A stretch of DNA of 64,000 bases from Octopus sinensis (Eukaryota), in contig NC_043001.1 in NCBI RefSeq assembly GCF_006345805.1, positions 74,152,001-74,216,000 of the forward strand, read 5' to 3'. Positions 52,549 through 64,000 of the stretch are shown here, in pieces. Numbering within the stretch: the first letter of the stretch is position 1; every line of letters starts with the position of its first letter. The notes below the pieces were generated by a model. The model was given only the letters and a program-made list of their open reading frames with translations. It had not been told where the DNA came from and ran no database searches. A program made the translations under genes and the position numbers.

Positions 52549-53169
52549 ACGGAAGCTTTATGAAAATAGACAAAAGACGAAGGCAGGTGGAATACAAACA
52601 AACAATTGTATTAGTATGGCGCTCAGGAAATATAAATAAAACAAGTCTTATATATATATATTATATATATATTATATATTATTATTATATATAATATAAA
52701 TATATATGGGCAACAGACACGAACACACATACACACACGTACGTACACCTATTGCATGTTTTATGCACGCATACATATTCATAAACAGAAATGAATGGAA
52801 AAAATTTTGTTAAATTTGTAGATTAACACTCGCACGATTTTCACTAAAGTATATATACTATGTTTCAAAAACAAAAAACAAAACATTTTACATTTTATTT
52901 TTTATGAACGTCATAACTTACTCTCTCTCTGTCTCTCCCTCTCTCACTTTGTTTTCCCCGTGAAACTCTCTGCCTCCTTCTTCCACTTTTCTTTATCGTA
53001 CTTTACGCTATCCACGGGAGCCTCGGGAAAAAAATAAGTTGTCAAAACCCAGATAGGATGTTGACAAATGTCTTCCTAAAATTGGAGCGACATGCGTGCT
53101 AATTTGTGGACGTGCATAAATTACAATCACGTCCACACACACACGCACACACATCCTCCCTTTTATAGA
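52360..53169 (-). mobile_element. Non-autonomous Helitron (with an internal insertion near 52480-52690)
   Basis: Minus strand: A|TCTATAAAA at 53169; cccgttcaaggccggg hairpin and CTAG|T at 52360. Confidence 0.65.
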
Positions 53170-54011
53170 TATATTTTTTCTTCTAAAGTTTTACGTACTG
53201 AGTTATTGTAATATTTCTCAGTGCAAGGCGGCGAACCGGCAGAATCGTTAGCACGCCGGGCGAAATGCTTAGCAGTATTTCGTCTGCCGCTACGTTCTGA
53301 GTTCAAATTCCGCCGACGTCGACCTTGCCTTTCAACCTTTCGGGGTCGATAAATTAAGTACCTGTTGCGTATTGAGGCCAGTATAATCGACTGGCTTCAT
53401 CCCCCAAAATTTCTGGCATTGTGCCTAGAGTAGAAAAGAATATTTCTTAACGCAGTTGATTTTTCATTGGAAAGTACTGCAGCGTCCCGTTAGAATTTCT
53501 GTGAGATATATTCATCTGAATTTAAGTTTAAGTTATGTCAAAGAAATTAAGTACATTAGTGTCAATGCTGACTTGTTAGATTAAGGTGTTTTCTAAATCT
53601 ATCCAGTTGTTAGTCATTTTTGTTATGGGATGTAATTAATCGCAATCTCTGTAAATCCCCAGCTCTAGTTGGTTGAATTTTGGTTAAATAATTCAATAAA
53701 GTTGCATGTATATGATCCGTCAAAGCATCTCGTGCACTTCATGGAGATATCAGAGGTCTATGTATCATCATGTTTGGCCCAAAATGAGTCACCGAAAAAA
53801 AGTGAGCTTCAAATGTGCGTGATTATATCAATGTCGCTATTTGTGGTAAACCTGCTGCTGAAAATCAGCGTTGTTTTGTAGAAGAGGTTTCGTTACTGAA
53901 GGGTAGAGTTCAACAATATTAATCTGCATAAATTTAGTTATGTTTCTTACGTATGACTGAAGTGTTATTGAAGAGTGGAAGATTAGTCGATTGCGTTATA
54001 ATAGTGTTGAT

Positions 54012-54093
<82 letters not shown>

Positions 54094-54094
54094 T

Positions 54095-54498
54095 CTCTTT
54101 TACTTGTTTGAGTCATTCATTTGACTGCGGCCATGCTGGAGCATCACCTTTAGTCGAGCAAATCGACCCCAAGACTTATTCTTTGGAAGCCTAGTACTTA
54201 TTCTATCCGTCTCTTTTGCGGAACCGCTAAGTTACGGGTACGTAAACACACCACCATCGGTTATCAAGCGATGTTGGGGGGGACAAACACAGGCACACAA
54301 ACATATACACACACATACATATATATACATATATACGACGGGATTCTTTCAGTTTCCGTCTACCAAATCCACTCACAAGGCTTTGATCGGCCCGAGGCTA
54401 TAGTAGAAGACACTTGCCCAGGGTGCCATGCAGTGGGAATGAACCAGGAACTATGTGGTTGGTAAGTAAGCTACTTACCACACTGCCACTCCTGCGCC
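54095..54498 (-). mobile_element. Full-length CORE-like SINE with CpGs retained
   Basis: Reverse complement of 28982-29380. Confidence 0.88.
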
Positions 54499-54508
54499 TA
54501 TATATATA

Positions 54509-54569
<61 letters not shown>

Positions 54570-56289
54570 ATATATATATTATATATATGTATTTTATATA
54601 TTTTAATTCTCTCACAAGAAGGATTAGTTTGGCGAGTCGTGTCCTGTCTTGCCTTCGAAACACGCTGGAGCCTAACTAGTGACAGCTGATGAAGGGGATT
54701 TTTCCTTGTGTAGTATGTCCTGTACTCTGTTTTTTCTGTTGTAAAAAAATGGTTTTTCCGTTTTCGATTCTCGTTGAGTTTTACGCCTGGTTGTGGTGTC
54801 CTATACTCACGTGTATATATATTTATATATGCATGTATATATATACATGTAGATGTAGGTACGTACATATATGTTTGTTGTATGCATATATTTTATTTAT
54901 TACACTATATATATATATATACTTAATAGAAATCAGGATAAAATTATATTAATGATAATATCAAGTGGCCAGCATGAGATAAAACCTAGGTAAATTATAT
55001 GCTTAAATTAATAATTATATATCTAAATATATAATTATATTAAAGAGATCCGGAAATAAACTTCTCCAACATGCTAAAAGAAGATGACAAAGGCGCTGAA
55101 AAGCCATTGTTATAACTCCTACAAAAACAAGGCTTGTAAGCAAGCAAATGAAAAATATAAAATAAAAATTCACAGTAAATCGTGCACTGGGTCCAATTTT
55201 GGGATTAAAGCAGTAAAATAGCTTATTTCCCATCTTCAGCACTATATTCAAAGAAACGTAATCATAGATATCTATACATACTTATACGAGCAAAGACGTA
55301 CGTCCATATACAAATATTCGTGCTTATGCATCAGATAAAGTCAAATTTTTACTTTTATTTCAGCCGCGTGTTTTTAACCGAAATATATTGAAGCTGAAAA
55401 ACTTCATAAACTGTACCCAGAATTTCATGCAAGCGATCATTTGACATCCATGTGTTTTAAGCAGGGTTAATAAGTCAGCACTTAGAGTCTTCTAAGTGCC
55501 AACTTTAGATAAATAAGTTAGTATTTAGTGCTTTAATGTAATGTAAGGTTGGTGGGCTGCTAGATAATTTATCCTGGGCGGAGATTAAGTCGTTTACTTC
55601 TTTGTTATTTATTTTATATATATTTATATTATATTTTCAGATTCTGCTGGAGAGAAGCATTATGTATGCAAGGTTATCAATCCATTAAAGATTCTTTGTT
55701 TATTAAAGGAAACATGTATTTCAGAATTACTGAAATAGCTCAGGTCTTACGTAATGTGTTTCGAAACTTTCGAATACATTTCTAAAAATTTATCTTTATC
55801 ATCATGTTAAGAAGACCTACTTTAAATGTTTCTACCATTTTGTTCGACTTTGGCTGTTTCGCGTTCTGAATCTATATTTGTTGTTCCCAGAGTCTTCATA
55901 GTTTTCATTTTGGAGGAAGTATGACTACTAGCGTATGTGTATTGTGAGACGTTTCTTTTTTATGTATAGCGTTTCTGGTGGAATCGAGATATTCTACGCA
56001 GTCGTTTGTTTCCAGATAGTACTATTTAGTTAATGAGCATTATACAGGTAACTGAAAAAGGAGAACTCAATACATAAAACAGTGTTTTCGTGTGGGTGCA
56101 CATACATACGTACGTACACATACCCACTCACACACGTACACACACACACATTCAATTAGGAATTAAAAGCAGCGCTATCGTTGTAAACATTATCGACTGC
56201 ATATACTCAATGTATGTGTTTTGCATGTTTAATGGAAGGTTCTAAAATATACTAAAATGAACAGTTAATGCTCACATTACTGGCACAAC

Positions 56290-56810
56290 CAACATCCAAC
56301 CCTGGAAATATAGCAGGTCAGCTGGGACGGCCTTAAAGCAACGCCTGTACAACCACGGGCCCTCTTTCAGGATTCTGGAAAGGTGTTTCGTCACATCCCT
56401 AGCCAACCACGAGTGGCGCCTCAGAGATGTAGGGAACCCATACGATATCAAGCGGAAGACTGTAGAGCGGTGGGGACCCTACATTAACGGAAGCCTACGC
56501 TGAAAGCTTTGTATAGCCGAGTGAGCAAGGATACTCAAAGACTTCTTGAAACCTGGTTCACTGAATACTCGCCAGAAAATTTACTGTCTTCGCATCCATT
56601 TCAAAACACTACCTGCTTCAAGTAAGAAAACTCCCGTTCGCTAATTAGATCCGGAAAGGTCCCTCAAAAAACTGGTCTCTGACTCCAGACTATTTATGCT
56701 TTGGTGACTAATTGTCCAAATGACCGTAGCGGATACCTGCCTCTCAGACGCGAAGAATTACATTTGTCTTCGACTAAGGCCTATGTGGACGCGAAACCAT
56801 TGGTCACTCT
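56290..56810 (+). mobile_element. Penelope-like GIY-YIG C-terminal relic plus pLTR
   Basis: GTALKQRLYNH / ASFR..TSLANHEWRLRD..YDIK..PY..*KLCIAE with a frameshift and a stop. Confidence 0.65.
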
Positions 56811-56934
56811 ATGACCGGACATACACTCAACTACATATAAATAAATAAGTACACACCACACACACACACACACACACACACGTTTATGAATTTGTTTTGC
56901 AAGATTCCCGATGTGAAATCGTGTGTTGAAACAG

Positions 56935-57228
56935 ATATTGTTATATTTCGGGATGGTCACTTTTTTTCTTGCCAAATAAACATGTACTATATATTAGTTC
57001 TTCACTCGTTTATTATCGTTTCATATTTTATCTTATGTTCATTGTCTTGAAATCTTTCGTCGCATATCTGTGACCTCTTCCGCGACCATGATGTGTGACG
57101 AAAAATTATCAAGACAATGGACATACGATAAAATAAGAACAATTATAAACGAATGAAGAGCGAATATAAAAGTACATGTGTTTATTTAGCAAGAAAAAAA
57201 AAGTGACCATCTCGAAATATAACAATAT
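56935..57228. repeat. Imperfect foldback of about 295 bp
   Basis: atattgttatatttcgggatggtcactttt vs aaaagtgaccatctcgaaatataacaatat; pairing continues inward to about 57080. Confidence 0.85.
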
Positions 57229-57316
57229 ATATATATATATATATATGTAGGTCCCGGGTTGAGTCGGGGTTAACCACAGTAAATAAGGTACTCAATACAT
57301 AGCAGAGTAAATTAAT

Positions 57317-57444
57317 TTATTTTATAGAAGGAGCTTCTACAGGACTAGAACTGTTTCATTCAAAAGAAATCATCAGGAAGCTACCTGATGATTTCTTTTG
57401 AATGAAACAGTTCTAGTCATGTAGAAGCTCCTTCTATAAAATAA
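57317..57444. repeat. Near-perfect palindrome (61-bp arms, 6-nt loop) with hammerhead-like cores
   Basis: One mismatch; each arm carries CTGATGA..GAAAC..GTC. Confidence 0.92.
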
Positions 57445-57464
57445 TAATAAAAAAAAAATATATA

Positions 57465-57977
57465 TCTATATATATAAAACTGTAGTTGTGTGAGTGTCTG
57501 TCCCCTTCGATTTAGATTCCTAACTACTCCCACATTTTGCGGTGCAGTTTAACCAAATTCGGGTATCTTATAGTCGTGATTCATATCGAGCCCGTCTGAG
57601 TATTAGCGCGCGTCTACGATGAGTCTACGATTTTAAAAATAATTTAACATCATTTTTTATTCCATTTTAATGCATAATTTTTCGTGTGTCGATGGCGGCG
57701 GAGTTGGCGTCCATGGTCACACCTGCACCTGTTTGCTTCTCCCCCTTCTTCCCTCCCTCGTGAAGCTGTGGGGAAGGGAGTGTAAGGAAATCAACGTCGT
57801 AAAGCGTTGTCAAGGAGACCAGCGTTCTTTTAGAACAACGACTTCATGGCTTGAAGACACCAAAACAGAAATGGCTAAGAAAGCCCGAATTGGCATCTAT
57901 AAGGGAAGTAACTCTCTAAAAATGCTTATATAGTTATTTCCCTTACAAACCCGAGCAACGCCGGGCGATACTGCTAG
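57465..57977 (+). mobile_element. Non-autonomous Helitron
   Basis: A|TCTATATATATAAAA 5' end; subterminal hairpin cccgagcaacgccggg (57950-65); CTAG|T 3' end. Confidence 0.85.
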
Positions 57978-58008
<31 letters not shown>

Positions 58009-58235
58009 ACATAAACTTAATTTCATACAAGTACGCATACACACATCGGCATAAATAATAAGTGCATGCCTACTAACGTGCGCATATGCATTGTTATATG
58101 TACAAATACACATACGCTCATACCATCACATGCACACACACACACCACACACACACACACACACTCACACACACACACATCAGAATGCACTTACTTGCAC
58201 ATAAACGTGCGCAAACACATACATACTCATAAACA

Positions 58236-58279
<44 letters not shown>

Positions 58280-58373
58280 TCCTACAGTCATTTATAAACG
58301 TACGCTACACGAACATATATACACATACAGATATACACGCAGTCATACACATGCTTACACAGAGATACACACA

Positions 58374-58407
<34 letters not shown>

Positions 58408-58942
58408 ACACACACACGCGAATGCACACATACATATGAACATGTACATCCAAACATGCCTATAATATGCTCATATACACTCCTATACGCAAGCGTGCAA
58501 GAGTCTTTATTGACATAAATGAGCCGTACAATTAACAAAGCACACAAGTTTAGGTGCGGTTTGATTGTTAACAAGGTGTAGGTGTGTAACTGAGAATTTA
58601 GTTAAGAAATGTGATGTAGATATGAAATGTTTACTAAGGCTTTTCAGAAAAAAATGTGCCTAAAGAAAAGCGGAAGAACACATACATACACGCTTATACA
58701 CATACAACACATATTTATATACGTGCGATGACACACATGAACATATATGCGTGTGTGTATAATATGAAGCACATAGACACCCAGGCATACGTGTATATTC
58801 GTTTGTACATGTTTACATGCGAACATACATTTATGCATATGTGCATACATGTGCATGGATATACATTCAGATATGCAAATTATGCATACACAAATTTGTA
58901 CGCTTATATACATATGCACGTATAAATAAAATCATGCATACA

Positions 58943-58989
<47 letters not shown>

Positions 58990-58999
58990 TATCACTTCC

Positions 59000-60210
<1,211 letters not shown>

Positions 60211-60360
60211 ATCGATCATATATAAGCGATCATATATAAAGCAGGAGCCACCAACACCAAACTGATCCTTAATATAGTGCATAAGCACTTTATAGTAGGA
60301 AGTAAAGTAAATTTAAACAAAAGAAAAACCTCAGTTTTTATCAACATGAAAACTTAATTA

Positions 60361-60431
60361 ATGCAGGACCGGTTTCTAACTCTTCAAATACGTTTGACAA
60401 CGTAAATTTGATTAGTCTTCATCAGCTGCAT
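60361..60431 (-). ncRNA. Type I hammerhead ribozyme, antisense twin of 61051-61121
   Basis: Reverse complement of the same motif with one substitution (gaagagtta vs gaagaatta). Confidence 0.8.
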
Positions 60432-61050
60432 TTACCTAGACAAAATTTCAAATGTTGCCACATCAATACCAGTACACTCGTCTGAACGCCAAAACATTAA
60501 CAGAACAAGAACAGTGAAGAAGTTTCAATGAAAATAATAATGCAATACAAATGTATTACTTTCCAGTAAATGATAGCCCCATAAGGGTAAAATTATACAT
60601 ATAAAAGTAGATAAATGGTACAATAAGGCACCAATATTTACTGGAAAATAGCAATCGATATAAATACGACGCTATTGTATAGCTTCACTACGTATATACA
60701 AGCAAAAACGTGTGTGCAACAAACATGAAAAGAATTTGTCTTAGCTCTAGGAAGAACATTCGATAAATGGATATCTTTGCTTGTATATACGTAGTGAAGC
60801 TATACAATAGCGTCGTATTTATATCGATTGCTATTTTCCAGTAAATATTGGTGCCTTGTTGTACCATTTATCTACTTTTATATGTATAATTTTACCCTTA
60901 TGGGGCTATCCTTTACTGGAAAGTAATACATTTGTATTGCATTATTATTTTCATTGAAACTTCTTCACTGTTCTTGTTCTGTTAATGTTTTGACGTTCAG
61001 ACGAGTGTACTGGCATTGATGAGGCAACATTTGAAATTTTGTCTAGGTAA

Positions 61051-61121
61051 ATGCAGCTGATGAAGACTAATCAAATTTACGTTGTCAAACGTATTTGAAG
61101 AATTAGAAACCGGTCCTGCAT
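61051..61121 (+). ncRNA. Type I hammerhead ribozyme (intact core; palindromic minimal stem III)
   Basis: Stem I atgcag/ctgcat (6 bp), CTGATGA 61057-63, stem II hairpin caaat-acgtt/aacgt-atttg, GAAAC 61106-10, stem III ACCGGT, cleavage triplet GTC 61113-15. The stem II base pair next to the core is imperfect. Confidence 0.8.
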
Positions 61122-61765
61122 TATCCGATTCTAGGTTGTCCATTTATCGAATGTTCTTCCTAGAGGTAAAACAAATTTTTTTCATGTTTGTTGCATGACT
61201 GTAGCAAAATGACTAAAACAAGTGAAAGATAAAAGGTGTTATTTATAAAATCAAATTAGTTTGGCGAGCTAGCAGAATCATTAGCATACGGGGTAAAATG
61301 CTTAGCGGTATTTCGTCCGTCTTAACGTTCTGAATTCAAATGTCACTGAGGTCGACTTTGCCTTTCATCCTTTCGGGATCGATAAAATAAATACCAGTTG
61401 AGCAATGATGGATCGATTTTATCGACTTAATCTCGGCTCCGATCTTGCTGGCCTTGTGCCAAAATTTGAAACCAATATTTATAAAATCAAACACGACAAA
61501 GGAAAGCAACAATAATAAACTGCAATTAGTTTGTTTTCTGTTATTCTTACTCTTTTTTCACGACTTCCACCTAATATAGGGTTTGGCCATGTTGGAGCAT
61601 AGCTACCGAAAGAATAAAAATAAGAAAAAGGATAAGAATAAGAACAAATCTCACTACAGTCAATATCTTCAAAACATTTAATGACATTTAAATCCATCGT
61701 TATCTTGAGAATAACAACAACAGTAAATACTTCGACATCAACTACAGTAATAATGACATCATCAA

Positions 61766-61799
<34 letters not shown>

Positions 61800-62305
61800 G
61801 TCATCATCATCATCTGAATAAAATGTCTTTCATAAAATTCGTAAACGTTGAAATTATTTTTTCAATGGTATTTAGAAACGATTGCAAAATGCGTGTACAT
61901 CCGTGGTAATGTGTCTGTTTATATTTTATAAAAACTGGGCACATTCTGTAATTAATTTAGTTATATTTCGTTCTGTTGTGCTTTCCTTTCCAAAATGTAT
62001 GTTTGGTTTTCATTTTCCGCGTTTTTCATAAAATAATTACCAGGTGAATAACATTTGGGTTGATCTAATCAGTCACACATATCAGCAACTTCTGAAGCAT
62101 TCTACCTCCGTTTGAAATCAACAGTTTTTAAATCTTTTATTTTATCTTTTGGTTCACGATATGCTTATACAAGATTTCATTCACACACACACGCGCGCGC
62201 GTCATATATTCATTATTCTCGAAAGCTAAAGTTATTCACCATTTCTACAATTTGTCCTCTATTCGCCACCACCACTTCACCAATCGTTTACGACATCACG
62301 CTAAA

Positions 62306-62644
62306 TTAAAGGTCACAACATACTTTGCTCGCAAACGTTTCCGGTTTTTCTCCTTGATAAATCACAACCGTTGTAATATATTGCTTTGGGTTGATACCAA
62401 CCGAGTAAAACAGTGTCGTCTTGTGCCATAACAAGGGCTCGAATTCAGGACAGTCATCATAGTTTCTGTAAACAACGACACTGGACTGAGCACGCGATTT
62501 CGTGATAGTGAATGTAAAATTCACCTGTTCTCGACTCCGTTCAACTGAGCTGTAGTTGTATGAAACCACCTTGTGTTTCGGTTTTGATTCAGCATCAGTC
62601 TTTGGTTGGCCTCCCACAGTCAGCGTCAGTGATGCACGTTCCAT
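62306..62644 (-). CDS. Probable terminal coding exon of an unidentified gene (112 codons, beta-strand-rich, NYS/NFT sequons, ends CCDL*)
   Basis: Immediately preceded on minus by ttttattttctcaacag acceptor; non-repetitive 112-codon open frame in AT-rich DNA; AATAAA on minus at 62141-62136. No family recognised. Confidence 0.6.
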   Translation of the reverse strand: MERASLTLTVGGQPKTDAESKPKHKVVSYNYSSVERSREQVNFTFTITKSRAQSSVVVYRNYDDCPEFEPLLWHKTTLFYSVGINPKQYITTVVIYQGEKPETFASKVCCDL

Positions 62645-63341
62645 CTGTTGAGAAAATAAAACAAGGTTTTTGATTAAAGTTTAAACAGAAAACTATACCA
62701 AACAATAACGTATCTATTCTTTTTTAATATTCTGTAGCAGATTTAAGGCGGCGAGCTGGCAGAATTGTTAGCACACGCTGGACAAAATACTTCGCGGCAT
62801 TTTGTCTGTCTTTACGGTCTAACTTTCAACCTTTCGGGATAAAAAAAGTACGGGTTGAATACCAGGAGTCAATGTAATTGATTTAAACCTACCCCGAGCC
62901 AAAATTTGAAATCAGTAATTTGAGGCAGCGTGCTGGCACAATCGTTAGCACGCCGGGCAAAATGCTTACTGATATTTAGTCTGTCTTTACATTCAGAGTT
63001 CAAACTCCACCGGGGTCGACTTTGCCTTTCATCCTTTCGGGATCGATAAAATAAGTATCAGTAGAGTACTGGGGTCGATGTAATCGACTTAGCCCCTTCT
63101 CGAAATTGCTGGCCTTGTGCCTATATTTGAAACCAAAATTTTGTGGAAGATTCGATGTTATTTTTCGTTATCGAAGAACATCTAATCCCTTTATATGATG
63201 TTCGAACTTGCCAGAACGCATTAAGAATGAATAGATCCATTCTTGTTTGGTTTCTAGCTGTTCGGCGTGTTCCCCATGGATTGTTACCTGCTTGGCAGAC
63301 ATCAGAATACATCAGCAAACAATTCGTTTGCTGATTCCTGT

Positions 63342-63396
63342 AGCTTTAACTGAGGAGACACACAGCTGAGTCGAAACACCGCAGTATCTAAAAGTT
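63342..63396 (+). ncRNA. Hammerhead-like motif
   Basis: CTGAGGA(63350)-GAC..GTC-GAAAC-accgca-GTA; stems I and III imperfect. Confidence 0.45.
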
Positions 63397-63857
63397 CTTT
63401 TACACAGGTGAATATAGTCTAAAGAGAGAAGGTGTTCTCAGATGACGAAAAGCAACAGCAATCAGATTATAATGTTCGAATCAACCAGAATTCATTAACA
63501 ATGAATAGATAAGCTATTGTTTGGATTCTCCCCATAAAAACAAACGAACAAATCAAAATAAACAAGAAAGCCCAAAATTCCTGAAAGGGTTTCTGTTGTT
63601 ATTTAGCTTCGGTCAATATTCATTAAACATCTTTAATCAATAATTATTCCAGCTACGACTGTCTCGGTTTCTTTTCTTCAGACAAAGAGAATCTATAACT
63701 AAATTTAACTAACCGATTCTTCATTTTTTTGCGAACGGTCTTAGCGGGCAGTTTAAAGACTTGTACCTGTTTTAACACTACAAACTTTACACACACACAC
63801 ACACACATTGTACACACATAGTGGATTTGTTAGACGGAAACTGAAAGAAGCCTGTCG

Positions 63858-63936
<79 letters not shown>

Positions 63937-64000
63937 ATATGTACTGTGAAAGTAATAAGGGTAGAAAATTTAGAAACAATTTCATATCGGTGGCTAGCAT

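Larger units (their letters stand above)
60359..61123. repeat. Long inverted repeat, 348-bp arms (60359-60706 / 60776-61123), 69-bp spacer
   Basis: Direct comparison of the arms; about 6 mismatches seen (about 98% identity). Confidence 0.95.

Noticed and set aside
54650-54720. Hammerhead from GAAAC..CTGATGA (similar motifs at 1821, 2214 on -, about 6320 on -, 27827)
   Set aside because: I could not build stems I-III with a UH cleavage site, and GAAA is missing after stem II; these are probably decayed pLTR motifs.
55640-55671. Micro-exon encoding SAGEKHYVCK (zinc-finger-linker-like)
   Set aside because: Weak donor, no partner exons, and short enough to be chance.
56770-56805. Hammerhead 3' half GAAAC-CATTG-GTC
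   Set aside because: The CUGANGA box is absent and stem I does not form.
61015-61050. Second hammerhead TTGATGA within the inverted-repeat arm
   Set aside because: No GAAA after the putative stem II.

Overview
AT-rich, microsatellite-laden animal genomic DNA. The SINE/RTE/Penelope repertoire and (TA)n/(CA)n load point to an octopus (inference from recalled repeat motifs). Genes: (1) three coding exons of out-at-first (oaf) on + (17641-17775, 18694-18871, 21578-21852), spliced in frame to 195 aa plus stop; the first coding exon was not found and is probably left of the window; (2) a probable 112-codon terminal exon of an unidentified minus-strand gene (62306-62644). The rest is mostly transposon relics: a 5'-truncated 3-kb RTE LINE with a PHD-like insertion (39320-42388), several Penelope-like (GIY-YIG) fragments, mariner/maT relics, non-autonomous Helitrons, MITEs, three tRNA-derived SINE families, and mini/microsatellites. 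Most notable: a set of type I hammerhead ribozyme motifs, three of them arranged as sense+antisense pairs in long inverted repeats (about 17.0-17.3, 57.3-57.4 and 60.36-61.12 kb), and a switch from CpG-depleted to CpG-retaining sequence near 47.5 kb. No searches or folding were run; family names rest on recalled motifs and coordinates were read by eye.
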